Assembly (NCBI GenBank): GCA_963703575.1
Contig: CAVPEU010000026.1
Span: 129,850-193,849 of the forward strand
Direction of reading: 5' to 3'
Origin: an uncultured Chloroflexia bacterium
GTDB lineage: Bacteria; Chloroflexota; Limnocylindria; Limnocylindrales; CSP1-4
Length of the DNA: 64,000 nucleotides
Below are positions 46,979 through 58,296 of the stretch, piece after piece (position 1 is the stretch's first letter; each line of letters starts with the position of its first letter). Made by a program: the position numbers and the translations under genes. The notes below the pieces were generated by a model that saw nothing but the letters and a program-made list of their open reading frames with translations, made no database searches and had not been told where the DNA came from.

Positions 46979-48513
46979 GCTACGGCCTCGCCGGAAGCGG
47001 AGGTCCGAAAGGCGATGGGGCCCTCGCCCGCGGGCAGGTCGGCGACGATCCGCCCCGCCTCCAGCCGCACGATCCGGCTCGCGAAGGCGGCGATGAACCG
47101 CTCGTCGTGGGTCGCCGCGAGCACGGCCGCGCCGGCATCCACCCGGGCGCCGAGGATCGCGACCAGGGCCTCGTGGCCGCGCCGGTCCTGCCCGAACGTG
47201 GGCTCGTCGAGGACGATCACCTCCGGGTGGCGGACGAGCGCGGTCGCCAGCGACAGCCGACGTTGCTCGCCGCCCGACAGCGTGTACGGGCTGCGGTCCC
47301 CGAACAGCCCGAGCGGCAGGCCGATTCGGTCCATCAGCGCCTCCGCCTCTCGCCGGCCGGCCGCGTCCAGGCCCAGCATCACCTCGTCGCGGACCCGCAG
47401 CGTGACGAACTGCTGCTCCGGGTCCTGGAACACGTACGCCGCGTGCCGCGCCAGCTCCGCGGGACGCAGGCGCGCCGGGTCGAGCCCCGCGAGGCGCACC
47501 CGGCCACCCGCCGGCCGCAGGAGCCCGACCAGCAGCCGGCCCAGGGTGGACTTGCCGGACCCGTTCGTGCCCACCAGCGCCACGCGCTCGCCGGGGGTCA
47601 GGGCGAGGTCCACGTCCCGCACCGCGACCGGACCGTCCGGGTAGGCGAAGGACAGGCCGTGGGCGGCAACGATGGCGGAGGGGGCCGGCGAGGACGATGC
47701 CGATGATGACGACGACGAAGCCGCCGGCGACGGCGCCTCGTCCGGCAGCCACGCCCCGGCGGTCACCAGCCGGTCCCGCGACCGCGCCAGAAGGTCGGCC
47801 GGGGGACCCACGTCGATCGGGCGGCCGTCCGGCCCCAGCGCCAGCACCACGTCCGCCAGCGGCCACGCGATGTCCACCCGGTGCTCGACCAGCACGATCG
47901 TCACCGACCGCGACGCGCGGAGGTCCGCCAGGCGAGCCGCGAACGCCCGGGCCGCGGGCGGGTCCAGGTTCGCCGTCGGCTCGTCCAGGACCAGGACCCC
48001 GGGCCGCGCCGCCAGGACGCCCGCCAGCGCCAGCCGCTGCTGCTGCCCGCCGGAGAGACGCGCGGATCGCCGCCGCTCGAAGCCCTCGAGGCCGACCCAC
48101 GCAAGCGCCTCGGGCACCCGGCGCCGCATCGCTGCCGCCGGCCACCCCCGGCTCTCGAGGCCGAACGCCACGTCGTCCTCGACCCGCTCCATGACGAGCT
48201 GGCTCTCCGGGTCCTGGAACACGAGCCCGACCCGCGCCGCCAGCTCGGCGCCGCCGGCGCCGACGGTATCGAGCCCGTCGACGGTCAGCCGGCCCCGCCA
48301 CTCCCCGGGGAACTCCCGCGGGACCAGACCCGCGAGGGCGAGCGCGAGCGTGCTCTTGCCGGAGCCGGACGGCCCCACGACGAGCAGGCAGGCCCCGGGC
48401 TCGAGTTCGAACGAGACGTCCGCGAAGGCGGGCGAGGGTCGTCCGGCGAAGCGGAACGTGGCGCCGTCCGCGCGGACGGCGCCCGGCGTCCCGGCCGGCG
48501 GTTCAGTCGTCAG
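46975..48513 (-). CDS. ecfA: Fused duplicated ECF transporter ATPase (EcfA-EcfA', YkoD-like); start codon unresolved
   Basis: Two ABC cassettes (GPSGSGKST...LSGGQQQR...VLDEPT, then GTNGSGKST...LSGGEQRR...VLDEPT). Sequence upstream of the GTG at 48378 is clearly coding (ATFRFAGRPSPAFADVSFELEPGACLLV), but no ATG/GTG/TTG is in frame up to the S-component stop. CTG at 48513 was taken as a provisional start. Confidence 0.7.
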   Translation of the reverse strand: MTTEPPAGTPGAVRADGATFRFAGRPSPAFADVSFELEPGACLLVVGPSGSGKSTLALALAGLVPREFPGEWRGRLTVDGLDTVGAGGAELAARVGLVFQDPESQLVMERVEDDVAFGLESRGWPAAAMRRRVPEALAWVGLEGFERRRSARLSGGQQQRLALAGVLAARPGVLVLDEPTANLDPPAARAFAARLADLRASRSVTIVLVEHRVDIAWPLADVVLALGPDGRPIDVGPPADLLARSRDRLVTAGAWLPDEAPSPAASSSSSSASSSPAPSAIVAAHGLSFAYPDGPVAVRDVDLALTPGERVALVGTNGSGKSTLGRLLVGLLRPAGGRVRLAGLDPARLRPAELARHAAYVFQDPEQQFVTLRVRDEVMLGLDAAGRREAEALMDRIGLPLGLFGDRSPYTLSGGEQRRLSLATALVRHPEVIVLDEPTFGQDRRGHEALVAILGARVDAGAAVLAATHDERFIAAFASRIVRLEAGRIVADLPAGEGPIAFRTSASGEAVA

Positions 48514-49102
48514 ACGGGAAGCCCTCCAGCACGCCCGCCTGGCGCAGCGCCCGCACCAGCGCGACGGATCCGCCCGTGACGATGACCACGGCCGAGATCG
48601 CCATCATCGCCCCGCGCGCCAGCTGGACCTCCAGCGACGCGTCCGCGTAGTACAGGACCCAGTCGTGGACCCACGCCCCGGCCGCGGACGCGACGGCCGC
48701 GACCGCCAGCACCGGGAACGACCAGGTGCGGTACAGCGTGAACGCGAACACGAGCTCCGCGGCCGCGCCCTGGACGAACCCGGACAGCAGCGTGTCCGGT
48801 CCCCACTGGCTGCCGATGAGCGTTGACACCCCGGCCGCGACCATCTCCGCGAACAGGGCGGCCCCGGGCCTGCGGACGATGAGCGGCGCAAGGACGGCCG
48901 GCACCAGCCACACCGCGTACAGCAGGTCCTTGGCCGGCGGCGCGAACGCGAACACGGCGTCGAACCCGCTCCACGCGAGGCCCCACGCCCAGAACACCAC
49001 CCCGAAGGTCACGCCGATGATCGCGGTCACGACGATGTCGCGCGTCCGCCATCGGGTCTGGTCGGCCGGCGCCATGCCCGGCCTCGACACTACCGTCGTC
49101 AT
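48503..49102 (-). CDS. ECF transporter substrate-specific (S) component, YkoE-like
   Basis: 199-aa protein with six hydrophobic helices. GGAGG RBS. Lies directly downstream of a TPP riboswitch. Confidence 0.75.
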   Translation of the reverse strand: MTTVVSRPGMAPADQTRWRTRDIVVTAIIGVTFGVVFWAWGLAWSGFDAVFAFAPPAKDLLYAVWLVPAVLAPLIVRRPGAALFAEMVAAGVSTLIGSQWGPDTLLSGFVQGAAAELVFAFTLYRTWSFPVLAVAAVASAAGAWVHDWVLYYADASLEVQLARGAMMAISAVVIVTGGSVALVRALRQAGVLEGFPSDD

Positions 49103-49164
49103 TGATCACGAGCCTCCACATCGCACGAACGCCGCCCCCGGGGCCGGGGACGGCGTCGACGCAT

Positions 49165-49255
49165 GCGGGCCTGCTTCCTACACCGGTACGAACCGGATCA
49201 GGTTCCGCGGGTCTGTGGGCGAACCACACTCTCAGCGCTGCCGCGCTCCCCGGAG
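49165..49255 (-). ncRNA. TPP (thiamine pyrophosphate) riboswitch (THI element)
   Basis: The minus-strand RNA reads GGGGAGCGCGGCAGCGCUGAGAGUGUGGUUCGCCCACAGACCCGCGGAACCUGAUCCGGUUCGUACCGGUGUAGGAAGC. It contains the CUGAGA box, the ACCC element, and the near-invariant GAACCUGAUCCGG..UAC.CCGG.GUAGGAAG 3' half. Confidence 0.8.
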
Positions 49256-49353
49256 GCGATCTTCTGTTGTGGGGGCAGTCTACACCGGCGCCGTTGCCGG
49301 GCTCCGCGGGCTCCGCGGGCGCTGCGCCGCGGCTCCGCGGGGCGGCGGCGGGA

Positions 49354-50238
49354 CTACGCCCAGGCCGCGCGCCGCGACTCCAGCCAGGCCACGACCTCCG
49401 CCAGGACGTGCTCGTGCTCGGGCTCGTGGTGGGTCTCGTGGCGCAGCCCCTCGTGGACCCGGCGCGTGACGTTGCCCTTGCTCCCGATCGCCTCCGACGC
49501 AGCGGTGGGAACGATCCGGTCCGCGGAGCCGTGGAGGACGTAGGTCGGGACGGGCATGGCGTCGATCGCGGCGACGGCCGCCTGCAGCCGCCGCTGCTCC
49601 CCGAACAGCTCGTGGCCGAGCCGGACCGTGGACTGCGTCTGGCACAGCGGATCGCGGGCGTACGCCTCGCCGATCGCCGGATCATGCGACAGGCCGTCGC
49701 GCAGCGGCCCGTTCGACACCCGCATCCGCGGCACGACGCGGTTGAGCGCGCCCGCCATCGATCGCTTCCAGGCCGGGACGTCCGCGTCGATGGCCGGGGC
49801 GGACAGCACCAGCAGGTCCGGGAGGGGCCGGCCCCCGCCCGACAGGACGTAGCCGGCGGCGATCAGCCCGCCCATGGAGTGGCCGTACAGGATCATCGGC
49901 CGGTCCGGATGCTCCGGGTGCTCTTCGCGGAGCGCGACGAGCCGCTCCTGGAGATCGTCGTGGAACCGGCTCCAGCGGTCCACGTACGCGCGCCGCCCCG
50001 CGGACCCGCCGAAGCCGCGATGGTCGTAGGCGTGGACGTCGATGCCGGCCGAGGTCAGCGGCGCGGCCAGGGTGCCATATCGGCCCCCGTGCTCGCCCAG
50101 GCCGTGCACGATCAGCGCCGTGGCCCAGGGCTCCCCCACCGGCTCCCAGTGCAGGGTGCGCAGCAGGGTTCCGTCGGCCATGCGGGCAGTGGCCTCGGAC
50201 GGGGTGCCGGGCCCGGGCCCGGTCGAGACTTCGAACAT
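49354..50238 (-). CDS. Alpha/beta hydrolase (lysophospholipase/monoacylglycerol-lipase-like)
   Basis: HGLGEHGGRY and GHSMGG nucleophile elbow; catalytic His near HGSADRIV. Confidence 0.8.
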   Translation of the reverse strand: MFEVSTGPGPGTPSEATARMADGTLLRTLHWEPVGEPWATALIVHGLGEHGGRYGTLAAPLTSAGIDVHAYDHRGFGGSAGRRAYVDRWSRFHDDLQERLVALREEHPEHPDRPMILYGHSMGGLIAAGYVLSGGGRPLPDLLVLSAPAIDADVPAWKRSMAGALNRVVPRMRVSNGPLRDGLSHDPAIGEAYARDPLCQTQSTVRLGHELFGEQRRLQAAVAAIDAMPVPTYVLHGSADRIVPTAASEAIGSKGNVTRRVHEGLRHETHHEPEHEHVLAEVVAWLESRRAAWA

Positions 50239-50299
50239 TCGGCGAGCGCCTCCGGTGCGGAGGGTAGCCGGTCCCGGCAGCGGCGGCTACGCTTGCCCG

Positions 50300-51149
50300 A
50301 TGACCCCCCGCTGGACCGAGCTCGGCGACCGCGTCTTCGTTCGCCGCTACGCGTTCTTCGACCAGAACATCGTGGCGGTGCTGGACGGGGGCGAGGCGCT
50401 GGTCGTGGACACCCGCTCCACCCACCGCCAGGCAGGCGAGATCGTGGACGACCTGCGTGAGCTCGGGTCGCCCCGCGTGCCCGTCGTCGTCAACACCCAC
50501 GGGCACTTCGACCACTGCTTCGGCAACTCGGTGTTCCGGCCCGCGGTCGTCTGGGGGCACGAGCGCTGCGTGACGATGATCGAGCGGCACGGGGAGCAGA
50601 TGCGTTCGTCCGTGGCGGCCGAGATCCCGGTGCTCGCCGCGGACCTCGCCCGGGTCGTCCTCGATCCGCCCGACCGGGTATTCGCCCAGCGAGCCACGGT
50701 CGAGATCGGCGGGCGCCTGGTCGAGCTGACGTTCCTGGGGCGCGGCCACACCGACAACGACATCGTGCTGGTGGTGCCCGACGCGGACGTCGTGTGCGCC
50801 GGGGACCTGCTCGAGAACGGCGCGACGCCCTACTTCGGCGACGGCTACCCCCTCGACTGGCCGGTGACCGCGGAGGCGCTGCTCGGGCTCGTCGGTGCCC
50901 GGACAGTGGTGGTGCCCGGGCACGGAGATCACGCGGGACGGGCGTTCGCGGAGGCGTCCCTGGCGGGCTTCCGGGCACTGGCCGACCTCGCACGCCGTGT
51001 TCACGCCGGCGAAGTCTCGATCGATGACGCGGTCGCGGGCGCCCCCTACCCCGCCGCGGCCGCGCGCGAGCCTGGAGCGGGCGCTGGCGCAGCTCCGCGG
51101 CGACCTGGACGGGCCGCACGAAGCGGACGGGCCGGGCGGGCCGAGCTAG
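50300..51149 (+). CDS. MBL-fold metallo-hydrolase; 3' end uncertain (possible frame change near 51050-51075)
   Basis: HGHFDHCFGN metal-binding motif, GRGHTDNDIV, PGHGDH. The in-frame continuation past ~51060 runs antisense through the convergent gene with no stop until 52252. An alternative frame ends cleanly at TAG 51149 (LERALAQLRGDL...). Confidence 0.55.
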
Positions 51150-51163
51150 CCGGACGGGCCAGG

Positions 51164-52168
51164 CTAGCCGGAGACGCGGACCACCCAGCGGCCGCGCGCC
51201 TGGCCGGCGACGATCGCGTCGAGCGCGGGCTCCACCGTGTCCAGGTCCACCTCCGTGATCCCGTCACCCAGCCCGCGCGGCAACAGGTCCGTCGCGAGGC
51301 GCTTCCACAGGGCCCGCCGCGCCGTGATGACCATGTTCGCCGAGTCCATCCCGAGCAGGGCCACGCCCCTGAGGATGAACGGGAACACCGTCGTGCTGAG
51401 CTCCGCGCCGCTCGCGTTGCCGGACGACGCGACCGCCGCCCCGATGCGCAGCGTGCGAAGCACGTAGGGCAGGGTCGCCGCGCCCACCGTGTCCACCGCC
51501 CCCGCCCAGCGGGCGGATTCGAGCGGTCGTCCCGGCGCCGTCACCTCGTCCCGGGCCAGGAACCCGGCCGCCCCGAGATCCCGCAGCCGGCCGTGCTCGT
51601 CGGGCTTGCCGGTGGCCGCCCAGGCCTCGTGGCCGCGCGAGGCGAGGATCGCCACCGCCGCCGAGCCGAGCCCGCCGGACGCCCCCGTGACGAGGACGGG
51701 CCCGTCGCCCGGACGGAGGCCGCGCTCCTCCAGGGCCGCCACGCTCATCGCCGCGGTGAAGCCTGCGGTCCCGATCGCCATCGCGTCCCGCGCCGTGAGG
51801 CCGTCGGGAAGCGGCACGACCCAGCCGGCCGGCAGCCGCGCCAGCTCCGCGTAGCCGCCGTGGCGCGCCGTGCCGATGTCGTAGCCGTTGGCGAGGATCG
51901 CCGCGCCCACGGGGAACGCCGGGTCCTCGGACGCGACGACGACGCCCGCCAGGTCGATGCCGGGCACCAGCGGGTACGAGCGCGCGACCCGCCCGTCCTC
52001 GCGCGCGGCAAGCCCGTCCTTGTAGTTGACGCTGGACCACTGCACCCGGACGGTGACCTCGCCCGGCGGCAGGTCCGCGGGGGCCAGGCGGCGGAGGCCG
52101 CGCGTGAACGCCTTGCCCGCCGGTCGGTCGACGACATAGGCACGGAACGAGGGCGGCAAATCGGGCAT
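51164..52168 (-). CDS. YhdH/YhfP-family quinone oxidoreductase (MDR superfamily)
   Basis: MDR fold (SSVNYKDGLA, GASGGLGSAAVAILASRGHE). Confidence 0.85.
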   Translation of the reverse strand: MPDLPPSFRAYVVDRPAGKAFTRGLRRLAPADLPPGEVTVRVQWSSVNYKDGLAAREDGRVARSYPLVPGIDLAGVVVASEDPAFPVGAAILANGYDIGTARHGGYAELARLPAGWVVPLPDGLTARDAMAIGTAGFTAAMSVAALEERGLRPGDGPVLVTGASGGLGSAAVAILASRGHEAWAATGKPDEHGRLRDLGAAGFLARDEVTAPGRPLESARWAGAVDTVGAATLPYVLRTLRIGAAVASSGNASGAELSTTVFPFILRGVALLGMDSANMVITARRALWKRLATDLLPRGLGDGITEVDLDTVEPALDAIVAGQARGRWVVRVSG

Positions 52169-52540
52169 GGGAAGATCATGCACGGCGCGGGCGCCCAGTG
52201 TCAGCCGCGGCCCGGACGTGGCCCGGGCGTGGGCGCTCGGCGCCGGGCGTGACTCGCGGCGCGCACGTTGCCCACGCCGGGCCGTGCGTGGGACGCATGG
52301 ATTCCGCCTCCATCGGTCGCGGGCGTGCGTGCGACGCACCACGACGACCCCGGCGGGCCCCGAAACGGCCCCGAAGCCGCCTCGAAACGGCTGCGGCGAT
52401 GCGCGGCGAGCACGATGACGACATGGGCGCGCAGGATCGATGCGCGGCCCGCACGAACGCGCCGGGCCCAAGGGGACCTCCGAGGCGCTTCCCGGCTGTC
52501 TCACAGGAAACTCTCAGCCTCGACGCCCCAGACTGGGGAC

Positions 52541-53245
52541 GTGCAGCACAATGGCGCCCGCATCCTCGTCGTCGACGACGAGCCGGCCATCACCGACCTG
52601 CTCTCCACCGCGCTCCGGTACATGGGCTACCAGGTCACGACGGCCGCGACCGGTCTCGCCGCGCTCGATGCGGCCGCCACCATGGCACCGGACCTGGTCG
52701 TGCTGGACGTCATGCTCCCGGACATCGACGGCTTCGAGGTCTGCCGCCGCCTCCGTGCCGCGCGCGATTTCGTCCCCGTCATCTTCCTCTCCGCGCGCGA
52801 CACCGAGGACGACCGCGTCACCGGGTTCGTGCGCGGCGGCGACGACTACGTCACCAAGCCCTTCTCGCTGGAAGAGCTGACGCTGCGGATCGGGGCCCTC
52901 CTGCGGCGCGTGCGGGGCGGTGCCCAGGACGGGGCCGAGAGGCTCCGCTACCGGGACCTGGAAATGGACGAGGATCGCCACCAGGTCTGGCGCGCCGGAC
53001 GCGAGGTCGAGCTCTCGCCCACGGAGTTCCGCCTGCTGCGCTACTTCCTCCTCAACCCGGAACTCGTCCTGTCCAAGCAACAGATCCTCGATCACGTGTG
53101 GCAGTACGACTTCAACGGCGAGGACAACGTCGTCGAGACCTACGTCAGCTACCTGCGCCGCAAGGTCGACGACGTCGAGCCCAGGCTGTTGCGGACCGTC
53201 CGGGGCTTCGGCTACGTCCTGCGCGCGGACGGGACCGGCGGGTGA
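52541..53245 (+). CDS. OmpR-family response regulator
   Basis: Receiver domain (ILVVDDEP...DLVVLDVMLPDIDG) plus winged-helix (ELSPTEFRLLRYF...GFGYVL). GTG start. Confidence 0.8.
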   Translation: MQHNGARILVVDDEPAITDLLSTALRYMGYQVTTAATGLAALDAAATMAPDLVVLDVMLPDIDGFEVCRRLRAARDFVPVIFLSARDTEDDRVTGFVRGGDDYVTKPFSLEELTLRIGALLRRVRGGAQDGAERLRYRDLEMDEDRHQVWRAGREVELSPTEFRLLRYFLLNPELVLSKQQILDHVWQYDFNGEDNVVETYVSYLRRKVDDVEPRLLRTVRGFGYVLRADGTGG

Positions 53246-53294
53246 GCCTGCGCGCGGACCGCAACGGCGGCATGAGCCCGCGAGGGCGCGGCGG

Positions 53295-54746
53295 ATGAGC
53301 CTGCGGGCGCGGCTGCTGCTCTCGCTGGGCGGGATGCTGGCGGTCGCGCTGCTCGTGGCGGGCGTCCTCCTCGTCGGGCTGGTTCGCACCAGCCTGGAGA
53401 GCCGCGTCGACCAGGAGCTCGTGGCGATCGGGTCCGGCGCCGGCGGCGTCCAGCGGCTGGCGGACCAGGCCGACACGGGCGGCGATGCCGGCCGTCGCGT
53501 CGCGGTCATGCGGCTCGACCGCCGGGGCAACGTCGTGCGCGCCTTCCCGTCCGGCTTCGCCAGCGATCCGGATCCGCTGCCGGCGCTGCCCCCCTACCCC
53601 GCCGGGATCCCGGCCGACGCGTACGGTCGCATCACCGACCGACAGGCCGTGGACGGGTCGATCCGCTACCACGTCCTGACCGAGCAGGGGCGGGCAGGCC
53701 TTATCGTCGCCATCGCCGCACCGCTCGCCGGCGTCGACGCCGCCGTCGGGGCCCTGGTCCGCACGCTGGTGCTCGTGGGCGCCCTGGCGATGGTCGCGAT
53801 GCTCGTCGTCGCGTGGGTGGTCGTACGGCGTGGGCTGCTGCCGCTGGAGCGCATCTCGCGGACCGCGGACCAGATCGCGGCGGGCGACCTGTCGCATCGG
53901 GCGGGCGTCGCCCACGACGACACGGAGGTCGGCCGCCTGGGCACTGCGTTCGACGCCATGCTCGACCAGATCGAGGCCAGCTTCGACCAGCAGCAGGCCG
54001 CGCTCGACGCGAAGGCCCGGAGCGAGGACCGGCTGCGGCGGTTCGTCGCCGACGCCTCCCACGAGCTCCGGACGCCGCTGACGGCCCTGCGCGGGTACGC
54101 GGACCTGTACCAGGCCGGCGGGCTGGCAGACCCCGACGAGCTGGCGACGGCGATGGGCCGGATCGGAACGGAGAGCCGCCGCATGGGCGCCCTCGTGGAC
54201 GATCTGCTGCTCCTGGCACGCCTGGACCAGGGGCGGCCGATCCGCCGGGACGCCGTGGACCTGTCGCGGATCGCCTACGACGCCGTCGCGGACGCGCGGG
54301 CGCTCGAGCCGGGGCGGCGCATCGGGGACGCGGTGGACCCCGGCGTCGTCGTGGACGGGGACGAGGACCAGCTCCGCCAGGTGGCCGGCAACCTGCTCGC
54401 CAACGTCCGCGGGCACACGCCCGCGGGGACCCCGGTCGAGATCACGGTCCGCCGCGACGACCGCGCCGCCGAGCTGCGGGTCGTGGACCACGGTCCCGGC
54501 ATCGACGAGGCGCACGGCTCGGACGTCTTCGACCGCTTCTACCGGGCGGACCCGGCCCGGTCCCGCGACAACGGCGGCACGGGGCTGGGCCTGTCCATCG
54601 TGGCCTCGATCGTGGCCGCGCACGGCGGCCGGGTCTGGCACGAGGCCACTCCCGGCGGCGGCGCGACGTTCGTGGTCCGCCTCCCGCTCACAGCAACGTC
54701 ACAGCCGATCCCCGGCCCGGCTTCAGGCTCGGCGCAGACCATCTGA
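53295..54746 (+). CDS. Sensor histidine kinase
   Basis: Two TM helices, HAMP, H-box SHELRTPLTAL, and HATPase motifs (NLLANVRGHT, DHGPGI, GGTGLGLSIV). Confidence 0.85.
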   Translation: MSLRARLLLSLGGMLAVALLVAGVLLVGLVRTSLESRVDQELVAIGSGAGGVQRLADQADTGGDAGRRVAVMRLDRRGNVVRAFPSGFASDPDPLPALPPYPAGIPADAYGRITDRQAVDGSIRYHVLTEQGRAGLIVAIAAPLAGVDAAVGALVRTLVLVGALAMVAMLVVAWVVVRRGLLPLERISRTADQIAAGDLSHRAGVAHDDTEVGRLGTAFDAMLDQIEASFDQQQAALDAKARSEDRLRRFVADASHELRTPLTALRGYADLYQAGGLADPDELATAMGRIGTESRRMGALVDDLLLLARLDQGRPIRRDAVDLSRIAYDAVADARALEPGRRIGDAVDPGVVVDGDEDQLRQVAGNLLANVRGHTPAGTPVEITVRRDDRAAELRVVDHGPGIDEAHGSDVFDRFYRADPARSRDNGGTGLGLSIVASIVAAHGGRVWHEATPGGGATFVVRLPLTATSQPIPGPASGSAQTI

Positions 54747-54796
54747 GGCATTCGACCGGAGCGCCGCTCCCCGGCGCGCCCCCACGGAGGCATCGC

Positions 54797-55372
54797 ATGA
54801 AGCTCAACAAGACGCTCGGGATCCCGCTCGCCGGGCTCCTGCTCGTCGGCGCCGCGGGCGCCGTCCTCGCCACGACCGGTTCGCCGACCGGGACCGGGAG
54901 CGGCTCCGTCGTCCCCGCTGCGGCGTCCGCGTCGCCCGCACCGTCCGCCGCCACGACCCCGGTCCAGAAGGACACCGTCCTCTCGGACGTCCTCGACCAG
55001 CTCGTGACCAAGGGCACGATCAGCTCGTCGCAGAAGGCGGCGATCCTGGACGCGGTCACGGCTGAGCGCCAGGCTCGGCAGACCGAGCGACAGGCGGCCC
55101 GGCAGCAGCTCCGGGACTTCCTCTCCGACGGCGTGATCACGCAGGACGAACTGAACAGGCTCCCGGCGGACAGCCCGCTCCGGCAGCTGACCAGCCTGAT
55201 GGCCGACGGCAAGATCACGACCGACGAGCTGCGCTCCCTGGGGCGCGGGGTCCTGGGCGAGCTGGGCGGCCGCGGCTTCGGTGGCCACGGCCCGGGCCAC
55301 GGCAGGATGTTCGGCGGCCAGGGTGCGAACCCGGGCGCCTCGCCCGCCCCGAGCGCCGGCGCCGCCGGCTGA
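54797..55372 (+). CDS. Secreted protein of unknown function (signal peptide; repeated I-T-x-D-E-L-x-x-L motifs)
   Basis: ACGGAGG RBS. N-terminal signal peptide with cleavage-type AGAVLATT. Gly-rich C-terminus. Confidence 0.65.
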   Translation: MKLNKTLGIPLAGLLLVGAAGAVLATTGSPTGTGSGSVVPAAASASPAPSAATTPVQKDTVLSDVLDQLVTKGTISSSQKAAILDAVTAERQARQTERQAARQQLRDFLSDGVITQDELNRLPADSPLRQLTSLMADGKITTDELRSLGRGVLGELGGRGFGGHGPGHGRMFGGQGANPGASPAPSAGAAG

Positions 55373-55444
55373 CGATCGCCCGCCTCGCGGACCGGGAGGC
55401 CCGCCGGCTGACGATCGCCCGGCGAACGGACCGGGAGGCCCGTC
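55367..55444. repeat. Tandem duplication, 2 x 39 bp plus a partial third copy, starting at the last codons and stop of the secreted-protein gene
   Basis: Copy 1 GGCTGACGATCGCCCGCCTCGCGGACCGGGAGGCCCGCC and copy 2 GGCTGACGATCGCCCGGCGAACGGACCGGGAGGCCCGTC are near-identical. A partial copy follows at 55461-55490. Confidence 0.75.
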
Positions 55445-55461
55445 GGCAGCGGCGGGCCTCC
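55434..55461 (+). terminator. Perfect 9-bp stem hairpin GGAGGCCCG-(10 nt)-CGGGCCTCC downstream of the secreted-protein gene
   Basis: Seen in the sequence; there is no U-tract, which is common in high-GC genomes. Confidence 0.4.
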
Positions 55462-55664
55462 TGCTGACGATCGCCCGCCTCGACGCCGCCCGGTTGCGTT
55501 TCGGTTGCGGATGCGGCGATGGGGTTGACGGGCCTCGGCCGGGTCGTGCATCCTCTCCCACCTGATGAGCCACACCACCGTCTCCTGGCTGATGTGTATG
55601 CGTGGGCGGCCCCGTCGTACGGAGGACGGGCGCCGGGATCTCCCGCGCTGAGCTTCAGCAGTGA

Positions 55665-57173
<1,509 letters not shown>

Positions 57174-57183
57174 GGCCGCGGTC

Positions 57184-58296
57184 ATGACGCCAGCGACGAC
57201 ACGGCGTCGCGTCGGCTCCCGGCCCCCGCTCGGGGCCGGGAGCGTCATCTCTGCCGACCTCGGCCCGTTCGCGCTCGAGAACGGCGGCCCTCCCCTGCCC
57301 CTCACGCTCGCCTACCGCCACGATGGGCCGCGACCTCGGGCGCCGCAGGTCCTGGTCGTCCATGCGCTCACCGGCTCGGCCGACGCCGCCGGCGACTGGT
57401 GGGCGCCGCTCATCGGGCCGGGCCTCGCCTTCGACACGACGCGCACCGGGGTCCTGTGCGCGAACCTCCTCGGCGGCTGCTACGGCTCCACCGGGCCCAC
57501 GTCCATCGACCCGTCCACCGGCACTCCGTACGGCCGGGCGTTCCCGGAGGTCACGGCACGGGACGAGGCGCGCGCCCTGTGGACGCTCGCGGACGCGCTG
57601 GGGATCGAGGGGTTCGCGCTCGTGGCCGGCGGATCGCTGGGCGGCATGGTCGCGCTGGAGGTTGCCCTGGAGCGGCCGGAGCACGTCGCGCACGTCGCGC
57701 CGATCGCGTCGCCGGCCCGCACCTCGGGGCTGGCGCTCGCCTGGAACCACATCCAGCTCGAGCTGGTGGACCGCTTCGGCACCGATGGCCTGGCGCTCGC
57801 CCGCCAGCTGGCGATGACGACCTACCGGTCCGAGACCGACTTCGATGGACGGTTCGCGCGCGAGCGCGAGAGCGACGGCCGGTTCTCGATCGCGTCCTAC
57901 CTCGACCACCAGGGACGGAAGCTCGTGGAGCGGTTCGACCCGGACACGTACCGCACCCTCGTCCGGGTGATGGACGGCCACGACGTGGGGCGGGGCCGGG
58001 GCGGGACCCTGGCCGCGCTGCGGGTCCTCCACGCCACCGGCACCGGGCTCACCGGGGTCGGCATCCAGGGCGACATCCTGTACGGGCCGTCCCAGGTTCG
58101 GGCGCTGGTCGGCGGGGCCGCCACGGCCGGGGTGGACGCGGTCTACCGCGAGATCGAGTCCACCAAGGGCCACGACGCATTCCTCACCGAGTGGGACCAG
58201 CTGGCGGCGATCCTCGGTGAGGCCCTGGCGGACGGCGTGGCTCGCCAGTCACGGGCCGACGCCGCAGGGACGGAGGTGCCGGCCGGGGCGGCATAG
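57184..58296 (+). CDS. metX: Homoserine O-acetyltransferase
   Basis: Alpha/beta hydrolase-type MetX (GGSLGGMVALE nucleophile; conserved N-terminal FALENGG). Confidence 0.9.
   Translation: MTPATTRRRVGSRPPLGAGSVISADLGPFALENGGPPLPLTLAYRHDGPRPRAPQVLVVHALTGSADAAGDWWAPLIGPGLAFDTTRTGVLCANLLGGCYGSTGPTSIDPSTGTPYGRAFPEVTARDEARALWTLADALGIEGFALVAGGSLGGMVALEVALERPEHVAHVAPIASPARTSGLALAWNHIQLELVDRFGTDGLALARQLAMTTYRSETDFDGRFARERESDGRFSIASYLDHQGRKLVERFDPDTYRTLVRVMDGHDVGRGRGGTLAALRVLHATGTGLTGVGIQGDILYGPSQVRALVGGAATAGVDAVYREIESTKGHDAFLTEWDQLAAILGEALADGVARQSRADAAGTEVPAGAA

Noticed and set aside
46214-48301. 695-aa ORF extending the EcfT frame upstream through the ATPase gene
   Set aside because: Only the last 254 codons, from GTG at 46978, look like EcfT. 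The upstream part overlaps the genuine duplicated ABC ATPase in another frame.
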